A stretch of 43,306 nt of DNA from Candidatus Firestoneibacteriota bacterium (lineage in GTDB: Bacteria; Oederibacteriota; D2-FULL-39-29; JBBTED01), in the NCBI GenBank assembly GCA_038042445.1, contig JBBTED010000038.1, positions 1 through 43,306 of the forward strand, in the 5' to 3' direction. Both the position numbers and the translations under genes were made by a program. The notes beneath the pieces were generated by a model. That model searched no databases, had not been told where the DNA came from, and was given only the letters and a program-made list of their open reading frames with translations. How positions within the stretch are numbered: the first letter of the stretch is position 1; every line of letters starts with the position of its first letter. Of this stretch, positions 24,587-33,494 are shown piece after piece.

Positions 24587-25849
24587 ATGAAAATAAAAAT
24601 ATTGATTTTGCCAATTTTAATATTATTAGCTTTCAATATAGCATTTTCTCAGGATGAAGAATCAGAGCTGCAATTAAAATATAAAGAACTAATTACACTT
24701 CAGTTAAGTAATGCAGCATTAAAACAAATACTTTCCACATTTTCCCAGATTGGTAACGTAAGTATTTTATTTGATGAAACAGTTTCAGTAACTAAGATAA
24801 TTCCGAGTTTTTCAGTAAAAGATTTACCTTTTGAAAAAGCATTAACTATTTTACTTAAAACAAATAATTTGGCGGCAGTTTCTGTTGATGAAAAAACAAT
24901 AATAGTAGTACCACTTACCAAATATCAGCAATATATTAAAAGTTCCAAAAAATTGTATTACCTTTCGTATATAGAAGGTAATAAACTTATTCCATTAATC
25001 CAGTCTATAGTAGGTCCTCAGCCTGGAGAGCCTATTAAATTACCGTTAAAATTGATAATGGAAGATACGAGAAATTTACTTGTAGCAGTTAGCACAAAAG
25101 AAATAATAGAGGAAATAGATAAACTTGTCCAAGAGTTAGATCAAAAATTGGCACAGGTAGTGATTGAACTTAAAATTGTAGAAGCGAGCAAAGAGAGAAA
25201 AAGAGAATATGGTATAGAACTTAATGAATATCAAATTGCTTCAACAAAAGTTGTGAGGGAAAGTTTTGAAAAATTAACAGTTAATGATTTTCCATCGTTG
25301 ATAAAATATCTGCAGACAAATAGCGAAGTAAAAGTATTAGCAAGTCCAAATATCAGAGTTGTCAATAAGCAAAAGGCAAGTATAATGATAGCAGATCAGG
25401 TGCCTGTCCAGATTTCAACTACACAGATAAATACAACAACAACAACTGGAGGAACTCCATCGGCATTTACTACAACACAGGTGCAATTTTTTGATATTGG
25501 AATTAAATTAAATGTTACCCCACTTATACATTTGGATAATGAAATAACTATGGATTTAACTGCAGAGATAAGTTCGTTAGGTAAATTAACAGCATCTGGT
25601 ATTCCAGAAATAGGTAAAAGAACTGCACAGACTATAATAAGATTGAAAGATGGAGAAACAGCAATAATGGGTGGACTTAAGAAAGAAGAAGAAAGGGAAA
25701 CAATAAAAGGGTTGCCTTTTCTTTCAGATATACCACTTATAGGTATGCTTTTCAGGAGTACAACAACACAAATTATGGATACAGAGATTATACTTTCTAT
25801 AACACCGCATATCGTTCCTATAAATCAAGTTTCTACAGAAATTAAATAA
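24587..25849 (+). CDS. Secretin (GspD/PilQ family)
   Basis: Signal peptide, N0/N3-like regions, LDQKLAQVVIELKIVE, VLASPNI, IGIKLNVTP, LKDGETAIMGGL and GLPFLSDIPLIGMLF. Confidence 0.9.
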   Translation: MKIKILILPILILLAFNIAFSQDEESELQLKYKELITLQLSNAALKQILSTFSQIGNVSILFDETVSVTKIIPSFSVKDLPFEKALTILLKTNNLAAVSVDEKTIIVVPLTKYQQYIKSSKKLYYLSYIEGNKLIPLIQSIVGPQPGEPIKLPLKLIMEDTRNLLVAVSTKEIIEEIDKLVQELDQKLAQVVIELKIVEASKERKREYGIELNEYQIASTKVVRESFEKLTVNDFPSLIKYLQTNSEVKVLASPNIRVVNKQKASIMIADQVPVQISTTQINTTTTTGGTPSAFTTTQVQFFDIGIKLNVTPLIHLDNEITMDLTAEISSLGKLTASGIPEIGKRTAQTIIRLKDGETAIMGGLKKEEERETIKGLPFLSDIPLIGMLFRSTTTQIMDTEIILSITPHIVPINQVSTEIK

Positions 25850-25853
25850 ACAA

Positions 25854-26288
25854 ATGGTTGTTGTAAAATTAAATAAAAAAGGTTTAACTTTTATCGAATT
25901 AATTATTTCGCTTGTGATAATTGGCATTATGGCATCAGTTGCTTTGCCATTAGCAGAGGTTACATATAAAAGGACAAAAGAGATAGAATTAAGGAGAAAT
26001 TTAAGAGAAATCAGACTAGCAATTGACAAATATAAAGAATATTATGAAAAAGATTTAGCTGGTCCAAAGATTTTAGGTGGGTCTGGATACCCACAAGCTT
26101 TAGAAGAACTTCTTAAGAGAAAACTTTTAAGAAAAATACCAAAAGACTCTATGACAGGAAAAGAATGGGGCACACGTTCTTTTAGTGATGGTTATGATTC
26201 TCTGATTTCAAATAAATTAGATGTATATGATGTATTTACTTTATCAGATGATATTGCATTAGATGGGACAAAATATAACACATGGTAA
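25854..26288 (+). CDS. Type II secretion pseudopilin (GspG-like)
   Basis: KKG|LTFIEL prepilin motif, LREIRLAIDKY, GYPQALEEL and LRKIPKD. Confidence 0.85.
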   Translation: MVVVKLNKKGLTFIELIISLVIIGIMASVALPLAEVTYKRTKEIELRRNLREIRLAIDKYKEYYEKDLAGPKILGGSGYPQALEELLKRKLLRKIPKDSMTGKEWGTRSFSDGYDSLISNKLDVYDVFTLSDDIALDGTKYNTW

Positions 26289-26659
26289 AAATTAATAATA
26301 AAAAAGGATTTACACTTATAGAATTAATATTTGTTATTACCATATTAGGCGTATTGTATGCTGTAGCACAAGTTGTTATAACAGGTAAAATAACAAAGGC
26401 AAAAGAAACTGCTTTAAAGGAAAATCTTTATGTGATGAGAAAATCAATTGATGATTACTATGCAGATAAAGGAAAGTATCCGGATACTTTGCAGGATTTG
26501 GTTGAAGAAAAATATATAAGAAAAATTCCAGATGACCCATTTACAAAATCAGACCAAACTTGGGTTATAATTTCATCTGATAAGGGAAATGATGTGTTTG
26601 ACATACATACTTCAAATGAGGGTATAGGAAGTGATGGAAAAAAATATAATGAATGGTAA
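26282..26659 (+). CDS. Type II secretion pseudopilin (GspG-like)
   Basis: KKG|FTLIEL prepilin motif and KSIDDYYADKGKYPDTLQDLVEEKYIRKIPDDP. Confidence 0.88.
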   Translation: MVKINNKKGFTLIELIFVITILGVLYAVAQVVITGKITKAKETALKENLYVMRKSIDDYYADKGKYPDTLQDLVEEKYIRKIPDDPFTKSDQTWVIISSDKGNDVFDIHTSNEGIGSDGKKYNEW

Positions 26660-27035
26660 AAAAGGGTTTACTTTTGTAGCTACTATATTTGCAGTGATTA
26701 TATTAGGAATTGTTGCTACTTCAGTGATTACAATTACAAGTACATTTGTAAAAAGAGAAAAAGAAGAAGAGCTTATATACAGGCTTACTGTAGTAAGAGA
26801 AGCGTTAAAAACTTATAGAACAAAAACAAAAAGATATCCATCGCATTTAGATGAGCTTGTTACTAATAAGCACATAAGAAATTTTTGTTTAATTGATCCA
26901 ATAACTAATAAAGAATGGGAAGTTGTTAATGCGGATTTCAAAGAAGGTTTGGGTATAAAAGATATTCATACCAAAAATGATGACTCTGCGATAAAATTAA
27001 AAGATGGCAGAAAAGTTAAACTTAATGAATGGTGA
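26649..27035 (+). CDS. Minor pseudopilin lacking Glu5
   Basis: MNGKKG|FTFVA, REKEEELI, YPSHLDELV and DPITNKEW. The start at 26649 is preferred over 26631. Confidence 0.75.
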   Translation: MNGKKGFTFVATIFAVIILGIVATSVITITSTFVKREKEEELIYRLTVVREALKTYRTKTKRYPSHLDELVTNKHIRNFCLIDPITNKEWEVVNADFKEGLGIKDIHTKNDDSAIKLKDGRKVKLNEW

Positions 27036-28078
27036 AAACATTTAAAAGAATTAAACAGCCGAATTTAATGTTGTTTTCAAAAGAGCTTACTATACTTATA
27101 AAATCAGGTTTGCCAATAGTATCTTGTTTGAAAATATTAACAGAGCATACTGCAGACAGTAACTTTAAAAAAGTTATATTTGATATTAAGACAAAAGTAG
27201 AGGCTGGAAGTTCATTGTCAGATGCTTTTGCTTGTCATCCAAATATATTTTCTCGATTCTATACTACCTCAATTAGAGCAGGTGAATCAGGGGATACAGT
27301 AACTGAGGTTTTAATGTATCTATATGAGCACTTGAATTTTGTGAAGAATTTGCGGAAAAAAGTATTATCTGCATTAATTTATCCTGCATTTCTTTTTCTT
27401 ATAACAGGATGTGCAGTATTTTATTTGCTTATTTTTGTTATTCCTGTATTTTCCAAACTTTATGCTGAGATAGGTCAGAATTTGCCATATCTTACCAGAT
27501 TACTTATAGAAATAAGTAATGCAATAAAATCAAATATTATATGGATAATATGTGCTATAATAGTTTTAAAAATTATATGGCACTACTGGATTAATGTTAA
27601 AAAAAATAGACAGATTGTTGATAAAATCAAATTGAAAATTCCTATGTTAGGAGATTTAGCTAAAAAATATATGCTCACGCATTTTTTTCTAACACTTAAA
27701 AATTTACTTAAAAGTGGAGTGCCTTTACCTAAAGCTCTTGAAGTTAGTATGATAAATATAGATAATATGTTTCTTTTTTTAAAAATGAAAGGTTCCATAG
27801 AATCAGTGAATGCCGGTTTGGGTTTAGCAACTGCTTTAAATAATACAGGAATAGTGCCTGGTATGGCTATAGAAATGATTCATACAGGTGAAGAAACAGG
27901 TTCTTTAGAAGATATGTTAAATAGTATTTCAGATATTTACGAGGAAGAAGTTAGTACAGCTGTAAGTTCTTTATTGGTGATATTAGAACCGTTGCTTATG
28001 CTTGTAATGGGAGCTATTATAGCTTCTATATTGCTGGCTATGTATCTTCCAATATTTGAAATGTCAGCGAGGTTTTAA
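27029..28078 (+). CDS. GspF/PilC inner-membrane platform protein
   Basis: LIKSGLPI, AGESG, ALIYP, LKSGVPL, GEETGSLEDML, LEPLL and AMYLPIF. Confidence 0.92.
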   Translation: MVKTFKRIKQPNLMLFSKELTILIKSGLPIVSCLKILTEHTADSNFKKVIFDIKTKVEAGSSLSDAFACHPNIFSRFYTTSIRAGESGDTVTEVLMYLYEHLNFVKNLRKKVLSALIYPAFLFLITGCAVFYLLIFVIPVFSKLYAEIGQNLPYLTRLLIEISNAIKSNIIWIICAIIVLKIIWHYWINVKKNRQIVDKIKLKIPMLGDLAKKYMLTHFFLTLKNLLKSGVPLPKALEVSMINIDNMFLFLKMKGSIESVNAGLGLATALNNTGIVPGMAIEMIHTGEETGSLEDMLNSISDIYEEEVSTAVSSLLVILEPLLMLVMGAIIASILLAMYLPIFEMSARF

Positions 28079-28082
28079 AAAA

Positions 28083-29792
28083 ATGGATATATTAAATTTA
28101 CTCAAGAGGAAAAATTTAAAAGAAATCATCTTAAAAACTAAAAAAATACCGGAAGAAAAACTTGCAGTTTTTGATTTTCCGGAAAATATCCTACCTGAAA
28201 AATTATTAAAAGAAGATATTGTAACAGAAGAAGAATTAGCAAAAGCACTTGCCCAGCAATACGAATATAAATATGTGGATATTTCAAAAACACTTATTGA
28301 TTTGCAATTTATTGCAGGATTTTCCTTGGAACTAATTAATAAATACGAATTTGTGCCGTACAAAATAGAAGAGGGTAAACTTTTAATTATTATTTCGGAT
28401 CCTGGCAATATAGAAAAAATAGACAGATTAAAAGTATTAATTGATTTTAAAATTGAAATAGAAATAGCAGGCAAAAGTTCAATAAGAAAAATTCTTGATA
28501 TAATTAATTGTATGCCTGCAGAAGTTGAAAAAATTACAGAAAATTTTGAAATAGAAATATCTGAAAATGAAATCGAAGATGTTAGTTTGGAAAAAGTTAG
28601 TGTAGATGAGACTCAGCCAATCATAAAATTTGTGAATTCTTTTATTCACAATGCAATACGAAGAAAAGCAAGTGATATACATATAGTTTTAGATGACAAA
28701 GAACTAACTGTAAAATATCGTGTAGATGGTGTTTTGCAGAAAGCTATGGATAAGATAGACAAGAAATTTCATGCAAGTATTATATCAAGAATAAAAGTTA
28801 TGTCAGAATTAAATATTGCGGAAAAAAGAATACCTCAGGATGGACGGTTTAAATTGAAATTTCAGGGTAGGAATATTGATTTTAGAGTATCAATACTTCC
28901 TACTATGTATGGAGAAGCAGCGGTTATAAGGATACTTGATAAAAGTGCAATAAGTTTAGAATTAAATAAACTTGGTTTTGAAAAGGAAACTCTCGAAAAG
29001 TTTGATAGGCTAATAAGAGAACCATATGGTATGGTTTTAGTTACAGGGCCAACAGGTTCAGGTAAAACAACAACACTTTATGGTGTTATAAATACTATAA
29101 ATACTCATGAAGACAAGATAATAACTATAGAAGATCCTATAGAATATCTTTTGCCTGATGTTGTTCAAGTTCCTGTAAATGAAAAAAAAGGAGTAACATT
29201 TGCAAAAGGATTAAGGTCAATTTTAAGACATGATCCAGATAAAATAATGGTTGGAGAAATACGTGATCCGGAAACTGCGCAAATTGCAGTTCAATCTGCT
29301 TTAACAGGGCATTTGGTGTTTTCTACAATACATGCAAATAATGTAATAGATGTTATAGGAAGGTTAATAAATATGGGGGTTGAACCATACGAATTTATAG
29401 TGTCTTTAAATTGTATTTTGGCTCAGCGTCTTATAAGAGTTATTTGCCCTGATTGTAAAAAACAAGTCAAATATTCAAAAGAGTATATAGAATATTCTGG
29501 GTTAGAATATGCAAAATATAAAGATACAGTATTTTTTGAGACTAAAGGTTGCAAAAATTGCAATAACACAGGTTATCATGGAAGAACTGGAATATTTGAA
29601 TTGCTTTTACTTTCAGATAGAATAAAAGAAATGATTTTGAATAAAACATCATTTATTGAAATTAGAAGAATAGCAAAAAATGAAGGAATGAAAGAGTTGA
29701 GAGCCGTAGGTATAGAAAAAGCTATTAAAGGAATAACAACATTAAAAGAAGTCAACAGAGTTACATTTATAGAACAAGAAGAAAAAGGTTAA
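28083..29792 (+). CDS. GspE/PilB assembly ATPase
   Basis: ASDIH, EKRIPQDGR, GPTGSGKTTTLY, EDPIEY, LRHDPD, GEIRD, TGHLVFSTIHAN, and CPDC...CKNC. The start at 28083 is preferred over 28056. Confidence 0.94.
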   Translation: MDILNLLKRKNLKEIILKTKKIPEEKLAVFDFPENILPEKLLKEDIVTEEELAKALAQQYEYKYVDISKTLIDLQFIAGFSLELINKYEFVPYKIEEGKLLIIISDPGNIEKIDRLKVLIDFKIEIEIAGKSSIRKILDIINCMPAEVEKITENFEIEISENEIEDVSLEKVSVDETQPIIKFVNSFIHNAIRRKASDIHIVLDDKELTVKYRVDGVLQKAMDKIDKKFHASIISRIKVMSELNIAEKRIPQDGRFKLKFQGRNIDFRVSILPTMYGEAAVIRILDKSAISLELNKLGFEKETLEKFDRLIREPYGMVLVTGPTGSGKTTTLYGVINTINTHEDKIITIEDPIEYLLPDVVQVPVNEKKGVTFAKGLRSILRHDPDKIMVGEIRDPETAQIAVQSALTGHLVFSTIHANNVIDVIGRLINMGVEPYEFIVSLNCILAQRLIRVICPDCKKQVKYSKEYIEYSGLEYAKYKDTVFFETKGCKNCNNTGYHGRTGIFELLLLSDRIKEMILNKTSFIEIRRIAKNEGMKELRAVGIEKAIKGITTLKEVNRVTFIEQEEKG

Positions 29793-29798
29793 ATTAAA

Positions 29799-29842
29799 AA
29801 TCTCCCCTACCCCTCTTAATAAAGGGGGACTAAGGGGGAATT
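29799..29842. repeat. CCCCCT/AGGGGG palindromic element
   Basis: AATCTCCCCTACCCCTCTTAATAAAGGGGGACTAAGGGGGAATT. The last 23 bp are identical to 33380-33402. Confidence 0.8.
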
Positions 29843-29853
29843 GGGAAAAAATT

Positions 29854-30705
29854 ATGTTTGGTGTAAATATAGGTTTGGATAGTATACAATTAGCCCAAGT
29901 GAGTAAAATCCGGGATAAATTTTATCTGGAAAAATATGAAATAATTGATGCAGCCAAAGCATTAAAAAATGGATTTAATATTAAAATAAAAGAAGCAGTC
30001 ATTACAATACCGGACGAAAAAAATAATTTTTTTACATATTCAATTGAGAATCCAAAAAAGTATTCCATAGATGCTATAAAAAAAATTATTACAGAAAAAA
30101 GCAAAGATTTTTTAAAAACGCCTATTGAAAAATTAAATACTGAATTTCAGGTTTTAAGACAATATCCAAAAAATGGAATTTCCTATTTGGATATTTTTGC
30201 AGAAATTATAAATATTGATACTTTAAATAATTATAGAAGTATTTTAGAAAAACTAAAAATAAAACCAATAGCAATAGATTCATCAACTTACAGATTATTA
30301 AATTTATGTGATGCACAAAATTTTGCATTGGTTAATATTACAAAAAATGAGGTCATAATATTTTGTTGCCTTGATGGGAAGCCCAAATATACAAGAAGAG
30401 TAACAAAAGAAGAATTAAAATTTCCAGATAATATGCTTAAACTTATAGACATCAAATATCTATTTAGATTTATAAAAGACACACTGGACTATCATATTGG
30501 CAATAATAATGCAAAAATAGAAAAACTATTTATGGCAGGAGAATTTGGGAATTCCAATGAGTTTATTCAGGTTTTATCTCAGTTTTTGGAGATTCCAGTA
30601 GAAGTTGTTTCTAAAACAAAACGTATAAATTTAAAAAGTACTATAGATGAAGAAACATTATTAAAAATTGCACCATGTATAGGTGCAGTATTAGGAGAAT
30701 TATGA
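29854..30705 (+). CDS. PilM-like (actin-fold) accessory protein
   Basis: Starts GVNIGLDSIQLAQV, contains IEKLFMAGE, ends APCIGAVL. Lies before pilN and pilO. Confidence 0.6.
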   Translation: MFGVNIGLDSIQLAQVSKIRDKFYLEKYEIIDAAKALKNGFNIKIKEAVITIPDEKNNFFTYSIENPKKYSIDAIKKIITEKSKDFLKTPIEKLNTEFQVLRQYPKNGISYLDIFAEIINIDTLNNYRSILEKLKIKPIAIDSSTYRLLNLCDAQNFALVNITKNEVIIFCCLDGKPKYTRRVTKEELKFPDNMLKLIDIKYLFRFIKDTLDYHIGNNNAKIEKLFMAGEFGNSNEFIQVLSQFLEIPVEVVSKTKRINLKSTIDEETLLKIAPCIGAVLGEL

Positions 30706-30709
30706 ATTT

Positions 30710-30736
30710 TGTCATGCTGAATTTATTTCAGCATCT
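30710..30736. repeat. TGTCAT-tagged half element
   Basis: TGTC-ATGCTGAA-TTTAT-TTCAGCAT-CT hairpin. Confidence 0.7.
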
Positions 30737-30747
30737 CTTTTAGAGCT

Positions 30748-31272
30748 ATGGATAAATTTAGAATTAATCTGCTTGGGAATAAAAACACAAGGTTTGAAAG
30801 TATGGTATTTCTTATATCTTTTTTTATTCTTGCCATATCTATGTGTTTTAATGCCAAGTCTTATATAGAGTTAAATAATAAAAAAAATGCGTACAAATCT
30901 GAATTAGAAAAGATTGAACCGCAGTATAAACAAAAAGTAAGCTTGGATAATTTTAAAAACGAAGTTACTCATATTAATAATCTTCTTAATATCAGAAGTT
31001 TCTTGTGGAGTAATTTTTTGAGTAACTTAGAAAAAGTAACACCATCAGGCATAAGTATTTCTACTGTAACACCGGCATTTGTGACAAGAGAAGTAAGAAT
31101 AGAGGGCACAGCTTTATCAACTAACATTTTAGTAGGTTTTATGAAAAATTTACAAAACTCCTCTTTTTTTGCTAACATATTTATTGAAGAACAAAGAGAA
31201 GTGGAACTAAAAGAAGTAAATCAAAAATTAATAGGTTTTAGCTTAACATTTAAATACAATGAAAAAAAATAA
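30748..31272 (+). CDS. pilN: PilN-domain protein
   Basis: RINLL motif, one transmembrane helix, coiled coil, WSNFLSNLEKVTPSGISI and FMKNLQNSSFFAN. Confidence 0.8.
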   Translation: MDKFRINLLGNKNTRFESMVFLISFFILAISMCFNAKSYIELNNKKNAYKSELEKIEPQYKQKVSLDNFKNEVTHINNLLNIRSFLWSNFLSNLEKVTPSGISISTVTPAFVTREVRIEGTALSTNILVGFMKNLQNSSFFANIFIEEQREVELKEVNQKLIGFSLTFKYNEKK

Positions 31273-31720
31273 AACGTTTATTTTTTTTATATTTGGTTTT
31301 TGTATTCTGAATTTTCTTTTGATTTCTTTGAATCAAAAGAATAATAAATTAGTTATTGAATATGCCAAAGAAATAGAAATGTCGAAGCATATTAAAAACA
31401 TAATGGGTTTTTACAGTATTATTCCAAAAGAAAAAGAGATGATAAGGCTTGTATCAGAATTACCGAATTTAGCAAAAAACAGTAATCTCAAAATTTCGAG
31501 TATTAAATATCAACCATTTAAAAAAGAAGAGCAAAGTTCTTTTAAAAAACTTTCATTTTCAATTCCTGTTGAAGGAAATTATAATAACATTAGAAAATTT
31601 GTATACAAGATAGAGAATTTAAGAAAATTGATAAAAATAGAGAGTATTAGTTTAAAAAAGGAAAAAGAAGGTTCTGACATTATAGGGGTGGAATTATATG
31701 TTTCAACGTACTTTAGATAA
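31259..31720 (+). CDS. pilO: PilO-like protein
   Basis: One transmembrane helix, LAKNSNLKISSIKY and PVEGNYNNIRKFVYKIENLRKLIKI. Confidence 0.8.
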   Translation: MKKNKTFIFFIFGFCILNFLLISLNQKNNKLVIEYAKEIEMSKHIKNIMGFYSIIPKEKEMIRLVSELPNLAKNSNLKISSIKYQPFKKEEQSSFKKLSFSIPVEGNYNNIRKFVYKIENLRKLIKIESISLKKEKEGSDIIGVELYVSTYFR

Positions 31721-32210
31721 AAATATATTGATTGTATTGGCTGTTTCATTGTCTGTAGCTATTGCTACTATTACCAGCCAAATTAAAATCAGAAAATTTT
31801 CTTATACTAAAATATCAGAAGAGGTAAAAAATGTTTTTACGATAAATGAGGATATGTTAAAAGAATACAAATATCCAATGGTATCAACACAAATTTTTTC
31901 TTCAATTATACAGGCGCCGCCTAAGATAGAACAACCTAAAGTAGTATTTTCTCCTCCTGTGATAGATGAACCTCCAAGGGATCCTTATGAAAATTATAAA
32001 AATGAATTAAGAACGTATGTTATTCTTGGCTTAATGAGAGATGGCGAAAAATTGAAAGTTTTTCTGGCAAAAGGAGATAATACATTTATATTAGGTATTG
32101 GAGATAAAATAACAGACAAGCTTTTTGTGAAAGAAATAGCAGAAGAATGCATTACAGTTGGACTTGTTGATGACCCTGAATTTCAAATGGATATACGAAT
32201 AAATAAGTAG
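31698..32210 (+). CDS. Hypothetical bitopic protein (PilP/GspC-like position)
   Basis: N-terminal transmembrane helix, Pro-rich linker, and C-terminal beta domain (ILGLM..KVFL..ILGIGDKI). Last gene of the cluster. Confidence 0.5.
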   Translation: MFQRTLDKNILIVLAVSLSVAIATITSQIKIRKFSYTKISEEVKNVFTINEDMLKEYKYPMVSTQIFSSIIQAPPKIEQPKVVFSPPVIDEPPRDPYENYKNELRTYVILGLMRDGEKLKVFLAKGDNTFILGIGDKITDKLFVKEIAEECITVGLVDDPEFQMDIRINK

Positions 32211-32254
32211 GCAATTAATTGTCAAAACGCATTTTCCTATACTCAAACTTTCAC

Positions 32255-32283
32255 TTTACAAGTAAGATTACATATTTTATACT
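32255..32283 (+). promoter_or_regulatory. Sigma70-type promoter upstream of acsD
   Basis: TTTACA, 17-bp spacer, TATACT. Confidence 0.5.
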
Positions 32284-32319
32284 ATGACCAAAGGGAATGT
32301 TGTAATAATATTGCAAGTC

Positions 32320-32370
32320 GTAGGGGCGAATTTACTCGCCCAATAAATGGACAGGTAAACCTGTCCCTAC
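32320..32370. repeat. GTAG-tagged REP doublet (REPIN-like), copy 1
   Basis: GTAGGGGCGAATTTACTCGCCCAATAAATGGACAGGTAAACCTGTCCCTAC, with 3 differences from 33419-33469. Confidence 0.9.
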
Positions 32371-32398
32371 TAAAAATTAGGGATACAAAGGGGGAGAT

Positions 32399-33364
32399 AT
32401 GGCTGTAGAACTCGTAAAAGAAAAATGGACAGGCAAAATAAATGAAGTAACAATTGGGGCCACAAAAGAGCAAGGTGGAACTAGAACATCTGTTGTTACA
32501 ATTGGTGGGGAAACAGCGATGTCATTTATGCATTTTGAAGGTGAAATGCCTCGTAAACCTGTTATATCAATAGAAGTTTTAGATATGGTGCCGGATGATT
32601 GGGCTAAGGTTTTAACAAAACCGTATGAAGGTGTTTTAGATAAACCCGGGCAATGGGCAAAAAAATGTGTAGAGGAATTTAAAGCAGACATAATTTTTCT
32701 AAGGCTGCAAAGTATACATCCGGATTTTGGAAATACTACTGCAGATAAAGCAGTAGCTGCTGTTAAAGATGTTATTTCTTCAGTTGGGGTTCCAGTTATA
32801 ATTTATGGTTCTGGCAATGCGGATAAAGATAACGATATATTACCCAAGTGTTCCAATGCAGTCCATGGAGAAAATTGTTTATTTGGTAAGGCATCACAGG
32901 ATAATTACAGAACATTAGCTGCTACTTGTCTTGCAGATGGGCATACTATACTTGCAGAAGCTCCAATAGATGTAAATATTCAAAAGCAAGTAAATATATT
33001 AGTAACTGAAATGGGATTTCCTTCTACTAAGATTATAATGGATCCAACTACAGGTGCATTAGGATATGGTTTGGAATATACTTATTCAGTTATGGAAAGA
33101 ATCAGGCTTGCTGCATTGTCTGGAGATAAAATGCTTTCAATGCCATTTTTGTGTTTAATTGGACAGGAAGCATGGAAATCAAAAGAAGCAAAAGCTCTGC
33201 AATTAGATCAACCTGTATGGGGTGATGAAAATAAAAGAGGACCTGCATGGGAAATAGTAACAGGAACAGCATTATTATTAGCAGGTGCTGATATACTTGT
33301 AGCCAGACATCCAGAATCTGTATTTGCACTAAAAAACGCAATCGATAAATTTATGAAGAAATAA
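32399..33364 (+). CDS. acsD: Corrinoid iron-sulfur protein small subunit (ACDS delta / CdhD)
   Basis: TIGATKEQGGTR, APIDVNIQKQVNIL, MDPTTGALGYGLEYTYSVMERIRLAALSGD, EAWKSKEA and AGADILVARHP. Confidence 0.93.
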   Translation: MAVELVKEKWTGKINEVTIGATKEQGGTRTSVVTIGGETAMSFMHFEGEMPRKPVISIEVLDMVPDDWAKVLTKPYEGVLDKPGQWAKKCVEEFKADIIFLRLQSIHPDFGNTTADKAVAAVKDVISSVGVPVIIYGSGNADKDNDILPKCSNAVHGENCLFGKASQDNYRTLAATCLADGHTILAEAPIDVNIQKQVNILVTEMGFPSTKIIMDPTTGALGYGLEYTYSVMERIRLAALSGDKMLSMPFLCLIGQEAWKSKEAKALQLDQPVWGDENKRGPAWEIVTGTALLLAGADILVARHPESVFALKNAIDKFMKK

Positions 33365-33369
33365 AATAA

Positions 33370-33402
33370 CCTCATTTATTAAAGGGGGACTAAGGGGGAA
33401 TT
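33370..33402. repeat. CCCCCT/AGGGGG element (right part)
   Basis: CCTCATTTATTAAAGGGGGACTAAGGGGGAATT. Confidence 0.75.
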
Positions 33403-33418
33403 TGTAGTACTTGTAGTC

Positions 33419-33469
33419 GTAGGGGCGAGTTTACTCGCCCAATAAATGGGCAGGTAAACCTGCCCCTAC
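33419..33469. repeat. GTAG-tagged REP doublet (REPIN-like), copy 2
   Basis: GTAGGGGCGAGTTTACTCGCCCAATAAATGGGCAGGTAAACCTGCCCCTAC, with two perfect hairpins. Confidence 0.9.
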
Positions 33470-33494
33470 TAAAAATTAAGGTGAGGGGGAAAAT

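Noticed and set aside
32320..33469. CRISPR array
   Set aside because: Only two copies, separated by a whole gene. No regularly spaced repeat-spacer series and no cas genes anywhere in the window.
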